The notes under the pieces: generated by a model
Seen by the model: the letters and a program-made list of their open reading frames with translations, nothing else
Database searches by the model: none
Told to the model about the DNA's origin: nothing
Made by a program: the position numbers and the translations under genes
NCBI GenBank assembly: GCA_965240325.2
Contig: OZ251228.1
Span: 2,108,001-2,172,000, forward strand
Source: Rebecca billardiae RCC1528
Taxonomy: Eukaryota > Protista > Haptophyta
Reading direction: 5' to 3'
DNA: 64,000 bases
In this document: positions 11,510 through 21,369 of the stretch, one piece after another
How positions within the stretch are numbered: the first letter of the stretch is position 1
Layout: each line of letters starts with the position of its first letter

Positions 11510-13073
11510 CTGATCTCATGCTCGGAAGTCCCACAGCGGGACTTCTCCGGGCCTGCGGTACTCGCCAGTGAAAACCTCCCGCGCCCCTCGAGATCATACG
11601 GAGTTGGCGGCGAGATCGCGCTCTTGCGCGGGCGGTGGGCGGGAGCGCGCGCCGGCGCTCGCTCGCGCGCTCGCTGCCCGCAGCGCGCGCGTCAGGTCGT
11701 CGCGAGCGCTTGCGCACCGGCGCTAGGGCGCGTGCCACCTGCGCACGCCGCTGGTTCGCGCCTGCGCGCTCTGCTCCGCCGCTGCGGCGCTTGCGAGCGC
11801 TCGCCGTGTCCTGCGCTGGTTCCGGGCCGCGTCGAAAGCCTGGTTGTGCGGCCAGCCAAGTGTGGCTTTTGCGGCTTGGCGCGCGAGCGCGCGACGCAGC
11901 GGATGGCGCGTGTGAGCCGTCCAGCCAGCGTCACTCGCCTCGTGCGCCGCGTGCCGACCGCGAGACCCAGATTCGACGCCGAGCGCTGCTCGGTCCGACG
12001 GTGAGACGCCAGACGGGTCGGCGCTCTGCATCGCAGAGCCGCGCGTGGTCGCGCAGAAGAGGCCGCGCGTGGCCGGCGCGGCCGCTGTGTGCCGTGGTCT
12101 AGACGTCAATTGCGTCCGCAGTAGGTGAGAACGCTTGCCTCGCCCAAGCGGTCACTCATCTTCTGCCCGTACACAGCGCGTGACACGTGAGGTGGATTCC
12201 GGAAGGTGTCTCGAGGTCACGCCGTCACCGATCGTAGCCACATAAGCCCTTGCGTGGAAGAGCTGCGCTCACGGAGATCGTGTACGTGTCATCAGCGCGC
12301 GACCAGACCATAACCATCGAGTTCTTGAAGCCGTCTACCAATGGAGTAGGATGGATTTGTTCGAGCCCGCTTCTGGCGGCACGAGATACGGCCCGGCACG
12401 CAGAGTCAGGTCAAGTCGCCCACTCGTGAGTGCGGCGTGACCGCTTGGGCAAGGCAAGCAACTGAGGACGCGATTGACGTCTAGACCACGGCACACAGCG
12501 GCCGCGCCGGCCACGCGCGGCCTCTTCTGCGCGACCACGCGCGGCTCTGCGATGCAGAGCGCCGACCCGTCTGGCGTCTCACCGTCGGACCGAGCAGCGC
12601 TCGGCGTCGAATCTGGGTCTCGCGGTCGGCACGCGGCGCACGAGGCGAGTGACGCTGGCTGGACGGCTCACACGCGCCATCCGCTGCGTCGCGCGCTCGC
12701 GCGCCAAGCCGCAAAAGCCACACTTGGCTGGCCGCACAACCAGGCTTTCGACGCGGCCCGGAACCAGCGCAGGACACGGCGAGCGCTCGCAAGCGCCGCA
12801 GCGGCGGAGCAGAGCGCGCAGGCGCGAACCAGCGGCGTGCGCAGGTGGCACGCGCCCTAGCGCCGGTGCGCAAGCGCTCGCGACGACCTGACGCGCGCGC
12901 TGCGGGCAGCGAGCGCGCGAGCGAGCGCCGGCGCGCGCTCCCGCCCACCGCCCGCGCAAGAGCGCGATCTCGCCGCCAACTCCGTATGATCTCGAGGGGC
13001 GCGGGAGGTTTTCACTGGCGAGTACCGCAGGCCCGGAGAAGTCCCGCTGTGGGACTTCCGAGCATGAGATCAG
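11510..13073. repeat. Long inverted repeat / foldback element: 601-bp arms, ~360-bp spacer
   Basis: 11510-12110 is the reverse complement of 12473-13073, and mirror ORFs in the ORF track are identical. Imperfect pairing extends to ~12155/12437. No TSD seen. Confidence 0.9.
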
Positions 13074-16000
13074 ATGACCTCCCCACCAAACCCTCCGAAG
13101 AAGGGCCAACACCGCCCGCATTCTCGCACGCTTGCGGACCGACCTCGCCCTCACGCCCTGCACGAGATTCGCGATCGAGCTTCCGTCCACCTGACGATGG
13201 GCATGAACCGCATGATGGGCGACGCGCACGCGCTGCCGGGGCTCTTCCCGCCGGCGACTGGTGGGGCGGGCGTCTTCGAGACGCACAAGTACGGGCTCAA
13301 GATCATCGGCGGCGCGGTCGCGTTCTACGTCAGCGCTGTCATCCTGAGCTTTGTCGCGCTCACTGAGTCGAACGAGCAGCTTCTGCCCCTCGAGCGCACC
13401 TTCGCGCAGGGTGCAGGGACGATTCTGCTCGGCAGCGTGATCATGCGCCTCATGCAGCTCTTCTTCTCGCCGCACGCCTCACCCACCAAGATGGCGGACG
13501 CCGCGATGCTCGCCACCAACATGATTGCCGCGAGCGCCAACCTGATGATGGGCACGATGGCCACGCCGATACTCGTCGACCCGCTCACCGGCACGACGGA
13601 GTACATGATTCGCTGGTGCGAGTGGACGACGCTCGCGTTCCTCATGACGTGCGTCGTCGAGGCGGTCGCGGCGAAGCACTCGTGGGAGTCGCTCTCGCTC
13701 GGCCTGCTGATGGGCCTGAGCGCGGGCTGCGGCCTCGTCCTCCCGTTCTGCACGAGCCCGTGGACGTGGGGCCTGTGGATGTTCTTTTCGTTCATCACCT
13801 ACTTCGCCCTCTTCCCGCGCTACTTCCGCCGGAAGCGCCTCTACGAGGAGGCCGTGCGCACGTGTGCGTGCCCGAGCGACGTGATGAACGTGGTCGAGAA
13901 CAAGGTGAGCCACAACCTCATGACCTGCTGCACCATCATGTGGACGCTGATCACGCTCGACTACTGCGTGACGTGGTTCGCGGCGCTGTGGCTCGGGGAC
14001 GACTACAAGAGCGGCCCGGAGCGGCCCCAGTGGCCCTTCATCCTCGACTGCGTGCTCGACGTCACCGCCAAGCTCCTGTGCGCGCTCGCCCACGCTGCTC
14101 GCGCCGCCGCGCGCCTCTCGCGCGCGAGCGCGCGCGCGCGCGCTCCCTCGGCAGCACGAGCTGATCCTCGCCGCAACCCGCCCGCCGCGCCTGCGCCTGC
14201 CGTGCGCGCTCGCAGGTACGCGCACATCATCTCGTGCTCGCACGCGCACGTCCCGCTCGAGGCGGAGCGCCAGCAGGCGCGCTGGATCCGCGAGGCGATG
14301 GACACGGTCTGGGCGGGCTCGCAGGACACGATCGTGCTCTCCGAGCGCCGGAACGACTCGACGGTGCGCACGATCGCGTCGAACGGCCTCGGCGCGGTCC
14401 TCGGCAAGGAGAATACGAGCGCGTGGGCCGCGTGGCGCACGCTCCCCATCAGGCAGGCCGCGCCCACCTCCGACCTCCGCTCGAAGCCGCTCAGCGCGCA
14501 CGAGGCGGACAGCTCGATGGACGAGGACACCTCTTCCTCGGACAGCAGGAGGAGCAGCGGCTCCGACGGGGCCGACGCGGTGGCGGAGCCGGCGCTGCAG
14601 CCGGACCGCAGCGCCAGCGTGGCGTTCCAGCAGCTCATCGAGGACGCGTGGCACTGGTCGGAGCGGAGCCTGCAGAAGACATTCACCACGACCTGGGTCG
14701 TCGACGCGGCCCGGCCGCCTGCCGCGGACGGCGCCGACGAGATCGCCGCCTCCGATGTGAGCACCATGCTCGCGGGCGCGGGCGCGGGCGCTGAGCCATC
14801 TGCGTCCGCCAGCCCAAAGGCCGAGGTGCGCCGCTTCGAGGTGCAGGTCACGAAAGCGCGGCGCTCACTCCACGGCGCGCCTTCGCACGTCGGCACGACC
14901 TTCCTCATCCTCGTGCTGCGCGACGTGACCGAGCGCGAGCGCATGCAGGAGCTCGAGCGGCAGCTCGTCGCCGAGATCGCCGACAAGTCGGTGCTCGCCG
15001 AGCGCATCGGCCGGAAGAAGGACGAGGAGGCCAACCGCTTCACGCGGCACGAGGTGAAGAACTGCGTGCTTGCCGCGATCGCGCAGTGCGAGGCGCTCGT
15101 CGACTGGCACGCCAAGACGACCGAGGGCTTCGCCCAGGCGGTCGACACGCAGCCGTTGCGCGAGGGGCTGACCGACCTGAGCTCCAAGCTGCAGCGCACG
15201 CTCAACACCGTGCTCGCCGCGGCGATGGCCAAGGACCTCGCCAACGGCGACTACGTCGCGAAGCCCGAGTTCACCACGGTCGAGACGCTGCTCCGCGACA
15301 ACCTCGCCTCGAACCAGCGCTTCGAGATGCGCTCCAAGCCCTCGCCGCTCCCGCCGATCTGGCTGGACCCGCAGCTGCTCTTCTGCGTGCACCGCAACGC
15401 CATCTCGAACGCGGTCAAGTACGGCTGCCAGACGAGCAAGATCGAGACGCAGCTCACGGTCGAAGGCGCCAAGCTCACGCTGCGCGTGACGAACGCGCCC
15501 GGCGACAGCCACGCCGAGCTGCTCAAGCTGCAGAACGCGGAGTGCGTCTTCGAGCGCGGGCTGCGCCTGCACAACGACGAGGACGAGCCGCGCGACGCGC
15601 AGCTGCGCCGCGTCTCGGCGGGCGACGGCGGCTGGATCATGCGGCAGTGCGCGCGCGCGCTCGGCGGCGACTGCTCCATCCGCTTCGAGGAGTCGAGGAC
15701 GGTGTTCGAGCTGCACTGCCCCGCGACGACGCGGCAGGAGACCTCGCAGCACGAGGTCGAGCTCTTCCAGCTCCCGCCCAGCACCGTCTGCGTCGGCATC
15801 GACGACTCGAAGGTGCAGCGCAAGATCCTCGGCATGATCTTCAGCGCGGTCGGCGGCCAGCCTGAGCGCACCGTCATCCTCGGCGACGAGGACAAGCACA
15901 TCCTCCACCTCGCGCCCAAGCTCGCCGCGATCGTGCGCGAGAGCCCTAACGAGCGCGTCTTCGTGATCGGCGACGAGAACCTCGACCTGACCGAGGGGTG

Positions 16001-16583
16001 CGCGTCCACCACCGTCTCGTGCACGCAGGCGTTCGGCGCGCTGCACTCGCTGCTGAGCGAGGACGAGATGGAGCGCGTGCTGCTCGTGATCCGCTCGGCG
16101 AACGACTCGCGCACCGACATTGGGCGATACCTCGAGCACGCGCACGCGGTGCTGCCGAAGCGCGGCTTCGCGAAGCAGGCGACCATCGACACGGTCGCGC
16201 CGATGTGGCGCACGCGCTTCCCGCGCATCTCGCCCGCGCTGAGACACCGCCTGAGCGCGGGGATGGCGCGCCAGACCAACATGGGCAGCCAGAGCAAAAT
16301 GCTCGACGAGATCCGGTGCGAGGTGAGCCGCGTCGTGTGCAAGCTGTGCCAGGAGATCAGCGCGCGCTCGACGCCGTGGGAGAACGTGAAGCGCGCGCTC
16401 GTCACGATCAAGGGCGAGCTCGCCTCCCTGAACGCGGTCTGCGGCGGCGGCGAGGAGCAGATCGTCGAGGTCGTGAGGCGCGTCGAGGCGCTGCTCGCGC
16501 ACGAGGACCTGCCGCACGTCTTCCAGACGTCGTGGCCCAACCTGCTGATGGCGATCAACCGCACCCTCGCCTCGGCGTGCTAG
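13074..16583 (+). CDS. Rhodopsin-histidine kinase-receiver fusion (histidine kinase rhodopsin-like); intron 14078-14215; start may be ATG 13197
   Basis: Eight hydrophobic helices; helix C YMIRWCEW; spliced helix G LDVTAKLLYAHII; PAS-end LVLRDVTERE; H-box FTRHEVKN; N-box NAISNAVKY; F-box VFERG; G2-like GDGGW; receiver IDDS...IGDENL...IRSAN...LPK; HPt-like tail. Confidence 0.85.
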   Translation: MTSPPNPPKKGQHRPHSRTLADRPRPHALHEIRDRASVHLTMGMNRMMGDAHALPGLFPPATGGAGVFETHKYGLKIIGGAVAFYVSAVILSFVALTESNEQLLPLERTFAQGAGTILLGSVIMRLMQLFFSPHASPTKMADAAMLATNMIAASANLMMGTMATPILVDPLTGTTEYMIRWCEWTTLAFLMTCVVEAVAAKHSWESLSLGLLMGLSAGCGLVLPFCTSPWTWGLWMFFSFITYFALFPRYFRRKRLYEEAVRTCACPSDVMNVVENKVSHNLMTCCTIMWTLITLDYCVTWFAALWLGDDYKSGPERPQWPFILDCVLDVTAKLLCALAHAARAAARLSRASARARAPSAARADPRRNPPAAPAPAVRARRYAHIISCSHAHVPLEAERQQARWIREAMDTVWAGSQDTIVLSERRNDSTVRTIASNGLGAVLGKENTSAWAAWRTLPIRQAAPTSDLRSKPLSAHEADSSMDEDTSSSDSRRSSGSDGADAVAEPALQPDRSASVAFQQLIEDAWHWSERSLQKTFTTTWVVDAARPPAADGADEIAASDVSTMLAGAGAGAEPSASASPKAEVRRFEVQVTKARRSLHGAPSHVGTTFLILVLRDVTERERMQELERQLVAEIADKSVLAERIGRKKDEEANRFTRHEVKNCVLAAIAQCEALVDWHAKTTEGFAQAVDTQPLREGLTDLSSKLQRTLNTVLAAAMAKDLANGDYVAKPEFTTVETLLRDNLASNQRFEMRSKPSPLPPIWLDPQLLFCVHRNAISNAVKYGCQTSKIETQLTVEGAKLTLRVTNAPGDSHAELLKLQNAECVFERGLRLHNDEDEPRDAQLRRVSAGDGGWIMRQCARALGGDCSIRFEESRTVFELHCPATTRQETSQHEVELFQLPPSTVCVGIDDSKVQRKILGMIFSAVGGQPERTVILGDEDKHILHLAPKLAAIVRESPNERVFVIGDENLDLTEGCASTTVSCTQAFGALHSLLSEDEMERVLLVIRSANDSRTDIGRYLEHAHAVLPKRGFAKQATIDTVAPMWRTRFPRISPALRHRLSAGMARQTNMGSQSKMLDEIRCEVSRVVCKLCQEISARSTPWENVKRALVTIKGELASLNAVCGGGEEQIVEVVRRVEALLAHEDLPHVFQTSWPNLLMAINRTLASAC

Positions 16584-16831
16584 CGAGCGAGCGGCGGCGC
16601 GCGCGCTCCGCAGCTCAGCTCGATCTGTCGAGCCCTTGCATCTGTCAGTCAGCTCTGTCACTCTGTAATTCTCGCAACAGCACACTCTGCCCCGCGCTGC
16701 TGTCCTGCGCTGTCCGCGCGGCCGCCTGAGGCGCGGCCTGCCGCCGGCCCGCCGACGGTGCGCGACTGTCAGTGTAGCTAGTTGAGCCTCGGCTCTGCAG
16801 GCCGCTGTCTGCATGTGAATGTGATGAACTA

Positions 16832-18214
16832 TATATATGACCGCGTTCCGCGGTCCTTCCGTAGAACCAACGTAGTTAGGGGCCCGCGGTGCACCCTCCG
16901 TCGGCTGCTGTCTCAGTCTGGTCAACATGGCGGGCCGATGAGGACTGTCGCCGCGGGCCCGCGCGAAGAAGTACGGACGGCGGCCGGGGCAGCGGCGCGC
17001 GCGCGCAGGGCGAGCCTGCCTTGAGGTGCTCGCGCTGCGCCACGCGCTCGACGACGGGCCGCTGGTCGCTCAGCCGGCGCGCCTCGTGCCGGCAGAGCGA
17101 GAGCGCGCACCACTCTGCTGGCCCCACCCCCAGCGGCCCCAGCCTGCGCTCACGGCGCTGCGCAGCCGCGCACCGAGAGGCGAGACCGAGCGGAGCTCGG
17201 GGTGGAACGAGGCGAGCGGCGGGTCGCGCCTGCCGCCGCGCGTGCGCGCCTGCTCCACCGCGCCACCGTGCTCGCCCGCCGCCTCCTCCGCCGCGTCGGC
17301 CTCGAAGCCACGGCGGCGGCCAGCCAGCCTCCGACCGAGGCGGAGCCCGTGCGTGCTCACTCACCCGGCGCGGTGGCGCCCTCGAGTCGACGGCCGTCTA
17401 CTCCACAGCTGGCTGCTCGAGCTGCTGCACGGGGCGTCGCGACGAGGGCGCCGGGCGCGCCCAGCGCGTCCGTCGCCGCGTCGCGCAGCGCGTCGAGCTC
17501 GGCGCCGCGCTTCGCCAGCTCGGCGCCCAGCGCCTCCGTGCGCACTCGTGCTCATTCGATTGTCGTCATCGCGCTCGTCGGCTCCGTGGCGAGCCCGCGG
17601 GGCGGACGAGCGGACTACTGCGCGCCGCAGCAGGAGCAGCGCGCGGCGCGCAGCGCTCCGCGCGCAGCAGGGCCGTCTCCTCATCCACCGAGTGCACGGC
17701 CTGCGCGGCGGCGACGGCGGCGCGCGCCGCCGCGGGGGGACGCAAGCGCTGCGGGCCGAGATGAGTCCGGCCGCCGAGCCGCGGTGGCGGCGTCGGCGCG
17801 CGCGCCGGGAAAATAACGCAAACCGGCAAACAGCGCGCTCGGTACGCCGACATGCAGTTTGAAACAGTCGTAGTATATGACCCATGCACATGCACTTTGT
17901 CAAAACAATACGGCCCTTGGACCGGCGACCAAGTTTTCAATAGCGTCGATGACACGATGACTAAACTTTACTGACAAAGTGACGGCCAGCGGCCTTCGAT
18001 CTTTCTTATTACTCACGTCCGGGCGCGCCTATTTCGTCAACCGCATCTTGCGATAGAGAGCTATCTACCCCTCGAAAAAGCGAAAACTCACCCTCCAACA
18101 ACCGTAAAAATCGTCCCCCGTCCCCTTTTCTTTGATCAAAAGATCTTTTTGACAACGTAGTGAGGGCCCCCGGCGGGGCTCCACGCTACGCGCTCCGCCC
18201 TGCACCGCGGGCCA
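16832..18214 (-). mobile_element. Non-autonomous asymmetric-TIR/hairpin (rolling-circle-like) element, no TSD
   Basis: Boundaries are defined by the paralogous empty site GAACTA|TTATTAGC at 19620. Terminal TGCACCGCGGGCC (18201-18213) pairs with subterminal GGCCCGCGGTGCA (16881-16893). Hairpin GACCGCG-TTC-CGCGGTC at 16839-16855. Confidence 0.75.
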
Positions 18215-19066
18215 TTATTAGCTCGAGTAGTATAGCATAGTATCTTCTGAAGTCTATTGCATGAGGCGGCGCGACCATCATCGGCTCTTTGACAGTTGTA
18301 GCAGTCGTGCGCTGACTCGTCTATTAACGTGACAGTGCTTCGTCATTCGGTGACGGCCGACGACGACAGGGCACGGGCGCCGCGCCAATGCAGCGCAACC
18401 GGGACTAATCAATTGCCAATATGTGGGGTTATTGGCACAATAACTGATTGTCTAAGAGGACGGTGGGAGCGCAATGCGCCGTATGGTATCAACACCTGCC
18501 TGCCAATCGGCCCGAGGCAGGCGGCCGAGCGCAAGTCCGGCTGCCATCTTGGCCACCCTCTTCTCGTGCCACGAGGGTCTTTCGAGCCTGCTCTGTGCTC
18601 GCGCACAACGGCCCAGAACTAGCTAACTCGTTGTGCTGCTCCTGAGCTTTGAGCGGGTTGGCATGGTGGCTCTGGACAGCCAATTGGTGGCCTGGATTCT
18701 TTCATCTGGCGCCGAGCCGACCGACGCGGCCCTGTGTCTCTCTCGCTCACGCAGCGGACGACGCCCTTCGTTTCGGAAGCGCCCACTGTCCTGATGGCTG
18801 CAGCTGTTCTGGGCCTGCATCTTTCAGGGCGCCCGCCTCTGCACGATGGTGCCTCGTGCCTCGCTCTCGTGCGGCTTGGCGGCTCTCGAGCTGCATCTGC
18901 CAAGCTGCCCGCCTGCCCGCCCATGCTGTTGCCAGCTGCTTGTTGCCTGGCACTTCTGCTGCTGAGTCGGCGCTGTGCGCCCTCCGTCCTCATGCTGTTC
19001 CTCGGTTCGGCTTGCTGCTCGCTCTCTCAGTCTGCGTGCCGGCGCGCGGGGATCCATCTCACACCG

Positions 19067-19248
19067 CGCGTCTGTCGGCGTCGAGCGGCCAGTCCTGCCG
19101 CGCGCTCGGCCTGAGCGGCTGCCGCTCGCACTTTGTTTCCGAGGAACAAAAATCCCAGCGCGTCTGTCGGCGTCGAGCGGCCAGTCCTGCCGCGCGCTCG
19201 GCCTGAGCGGCTGCCGCTCGCACTTTGTTTCCGAGGAACAAAAATCCC
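19067..19248. repeat. Tandem duplication of ~91 bp
   Basis: GCGTCTGTCGGCGTCGAGCGGCC...GAGGAACAAAAATCCC occurs twice in tandem. Confidence 0.9.
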
Positions 19249-19356
19249 TTATTCAATGTATAGAGTCTGGTATCTCGCAGCGTGGCTCCGCCCTGCCCGG
19301 CGTGTGCCTCGCCTCCTCGCTGCATCTGGATGGCGCAGGCGCTTCGAGGACGGCTA

Positions 19357-19500
<144 letters not shown>

Positions 19501-19855
19501 GTCCTGCGCTGTCCGCGCGGCCGCCTGAGGCGCGGCCTGCCGCCGGCCCGCCGACGGTCCGCGACTGTCAGTGTAGTTGAGCCTGCTCTGCAGGCCGCTG
19601 TCTAGGCATGTGATGAACTATTATTAGCTCTAGTAGTATAGCTATAGTATCTTCTGAAGTCTATTGCATGAGGCGGCGCGACCATCATCGGCTCTTTGAC
19701 GTTGTAGCAGTGCGCTGACTCGTCTATTATTAACGTGACAGTGCTTCGTCATTCGGTGACGGCCGAAGACGACAGGGCACGGGCGCTGTGGCAATGCAGC
19801 GCAAGAAATCAATTGCCATCAATGAAATCCATCAGGCCGTGAGGCCGACCGAACG

Positions 19856-20941
19856 ATGGCGACCGGGACCAGGCGCGCGTCCATCGTGTTCTTGATTCTG
19901 CTGCTCCGACTCGCGCTTCGCGTGCGGGCCGCGGTGAAGGCCTCTGTCGCTGTCGCATGCGCCCATGCGTGGAACGCCACGGCTCTCAGCCCGCAGCAGC
20001 CAGTCGCCGAGCCATGGCCGAAGCCGTGCGTGCATGCACTCATCGACGAGCTGCAGCGCACGTGCTCCCGAGGGAACGGCACCATCCAGCCGCGCGAGTG
20101 CATGAACGTGGCGCCGTCGGGGACGGGTACGACCACCATGCTCGCATCTCTCTCCAAAGCTGGCGTGCACTCGTGCAACCTCCTCTTCCCCGCCAAGGTG
20201 GCAAAGCGACCTGCAGCGAGAGGCGTGCCCGCGTGGGCGATCCGCCCGCCCACGAAGGCCTGCGTGCACCACAACCACGCGTACGTGCTTGGGACCACGC
20301 CGCTCGACGCGAAGTGCGTGCTGGTCACCCTGCGCGAGCCGGCATCCCGCCTCGAGTCGGCGTTCCGCTTCCTGTACAGAGCGGACGAGAGCGGCCGGTT
20401 CGTGCACGGCCGCACGAAGAATGCCACCTCCGGCCTCAACGCGGTCGTGCGCAGCTGGCATGACGCCGCGCTCGAGGAGGAGCGCGTCCGCGGCGCGGCG
20501 GGCAAAGCGCCTCAATCCGCGCGTGCGGGCTCCCCCGCGCTCATGGCCCGCATCGCGCGTGAGATGAGCAACTTCGCCTGGCCACAGGTCGCGTACGTGC
20601 TGCCGGTTCTCACGCGGGCCTTCTGCGCCAACCACACGGCACGCGTGCTGTGCACCGAGCGGCTGAGCGCGGACATGCGCGCCCTCGGCTTCAGCGAGCG
20701 CCAGGTTGTGACCAAGTTCGACCGCCGGACGGGCGCGAGTGCGGCCATGCGCCATGCCTCCCTGCTCAGCGACACTGACCTCCGGCGGTGGGTGAACACG
20801 GCGCTGTTTGCAGAGGACGGCGCGCTGCATGCCGCCTTCTGTTCAACGCCAACGCCAACGCCAACGGGCAGCGCCAACCGCACCGCCGGCCGTCCACGCA
20901 GACTCGTGCGCAAAGCCATGATGAGGCATGCGCCGTCATGA
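19856..20941 (+). CDS. Sulfotransferase-like protein (Sulfotransfer_2 type) with N-terminal anchor
   Basis: 5'-PSB-like VAPSGTGTTTM, 3'-PB-like VTLREPASRLESAF, PQVAY, ERLSADM, FAED, plus hydrophobic N-terminus. Confidence 0.65.
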   Translation: MATGTRRASIVFLILLLRLALRVRAAVKASVAVACAHAWNATALSPQQPVAEPWPKPCVHALIDELQRTCSRGNGTIQPRECMNVAPSGTGTTTMLASLSKAGVHSCNLLFPAKVAKRPAARGVPAWAIRPPTKACVHHNHAYVLGTTPLDAKCVLVTLREPASRLESAFRFLYRADESGRFVHGRTKNATSGLNAVVRSWHDAALEEERVRGAAGKAPQSARAGSPALMARIAREMSNFAWPQVAYVLPVLTRAFCANHTARVLCTERLSADMRALGFSERQVVTKFDRRTGASAAMRHASLLSDTDLRRWVNTALFAEDGALHAAFCSTPTPTPTGSANRTAGRPRRLVRKAMMRHAPS

Positions 20942-21055
20942 CTACGCGCACGCGTACATGCAGAGTCGTCACGTAGCGCCGGAGGCCCCGCGCGACCGTC
21001 AGCACGGGCAGCTGTGAGCTGAGGGGCGGAGCCGCCTGAATTCCGGGACTCGCGA

Positions 21056-21090
<35 letters not shown>

Positions 21091-21369
21091 ATACTAGCAG
21101 ACTAGACCAACCAGTCATCAGGCACGACCCCCGTCCCATATGCGCGCGTCGATTGTACTCTACTAGCATGACTGAGTTATCTTATAGTACATAGCAGCAC
21201 GCTGTGAGCAGGCTTGGCACGCCGCTGCCGCATAGCAGTGGCCAGTGTGATGATCGGATGATATCGATAAGTATTAAGTCGTCGTCGTTGATTGATGATG
21301 GCTCGTCAGGACGAGTCTGCTGCTAAGTGCTGTCCGCAGTCAAGCTATAAGCTACGCTACGATTAATAA

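Noticed and set aside
14865-16928. 687-aa minus-strand ORF
   Set aside because: Antisense shadow of the GC3-biased kinase gene; no motifs.
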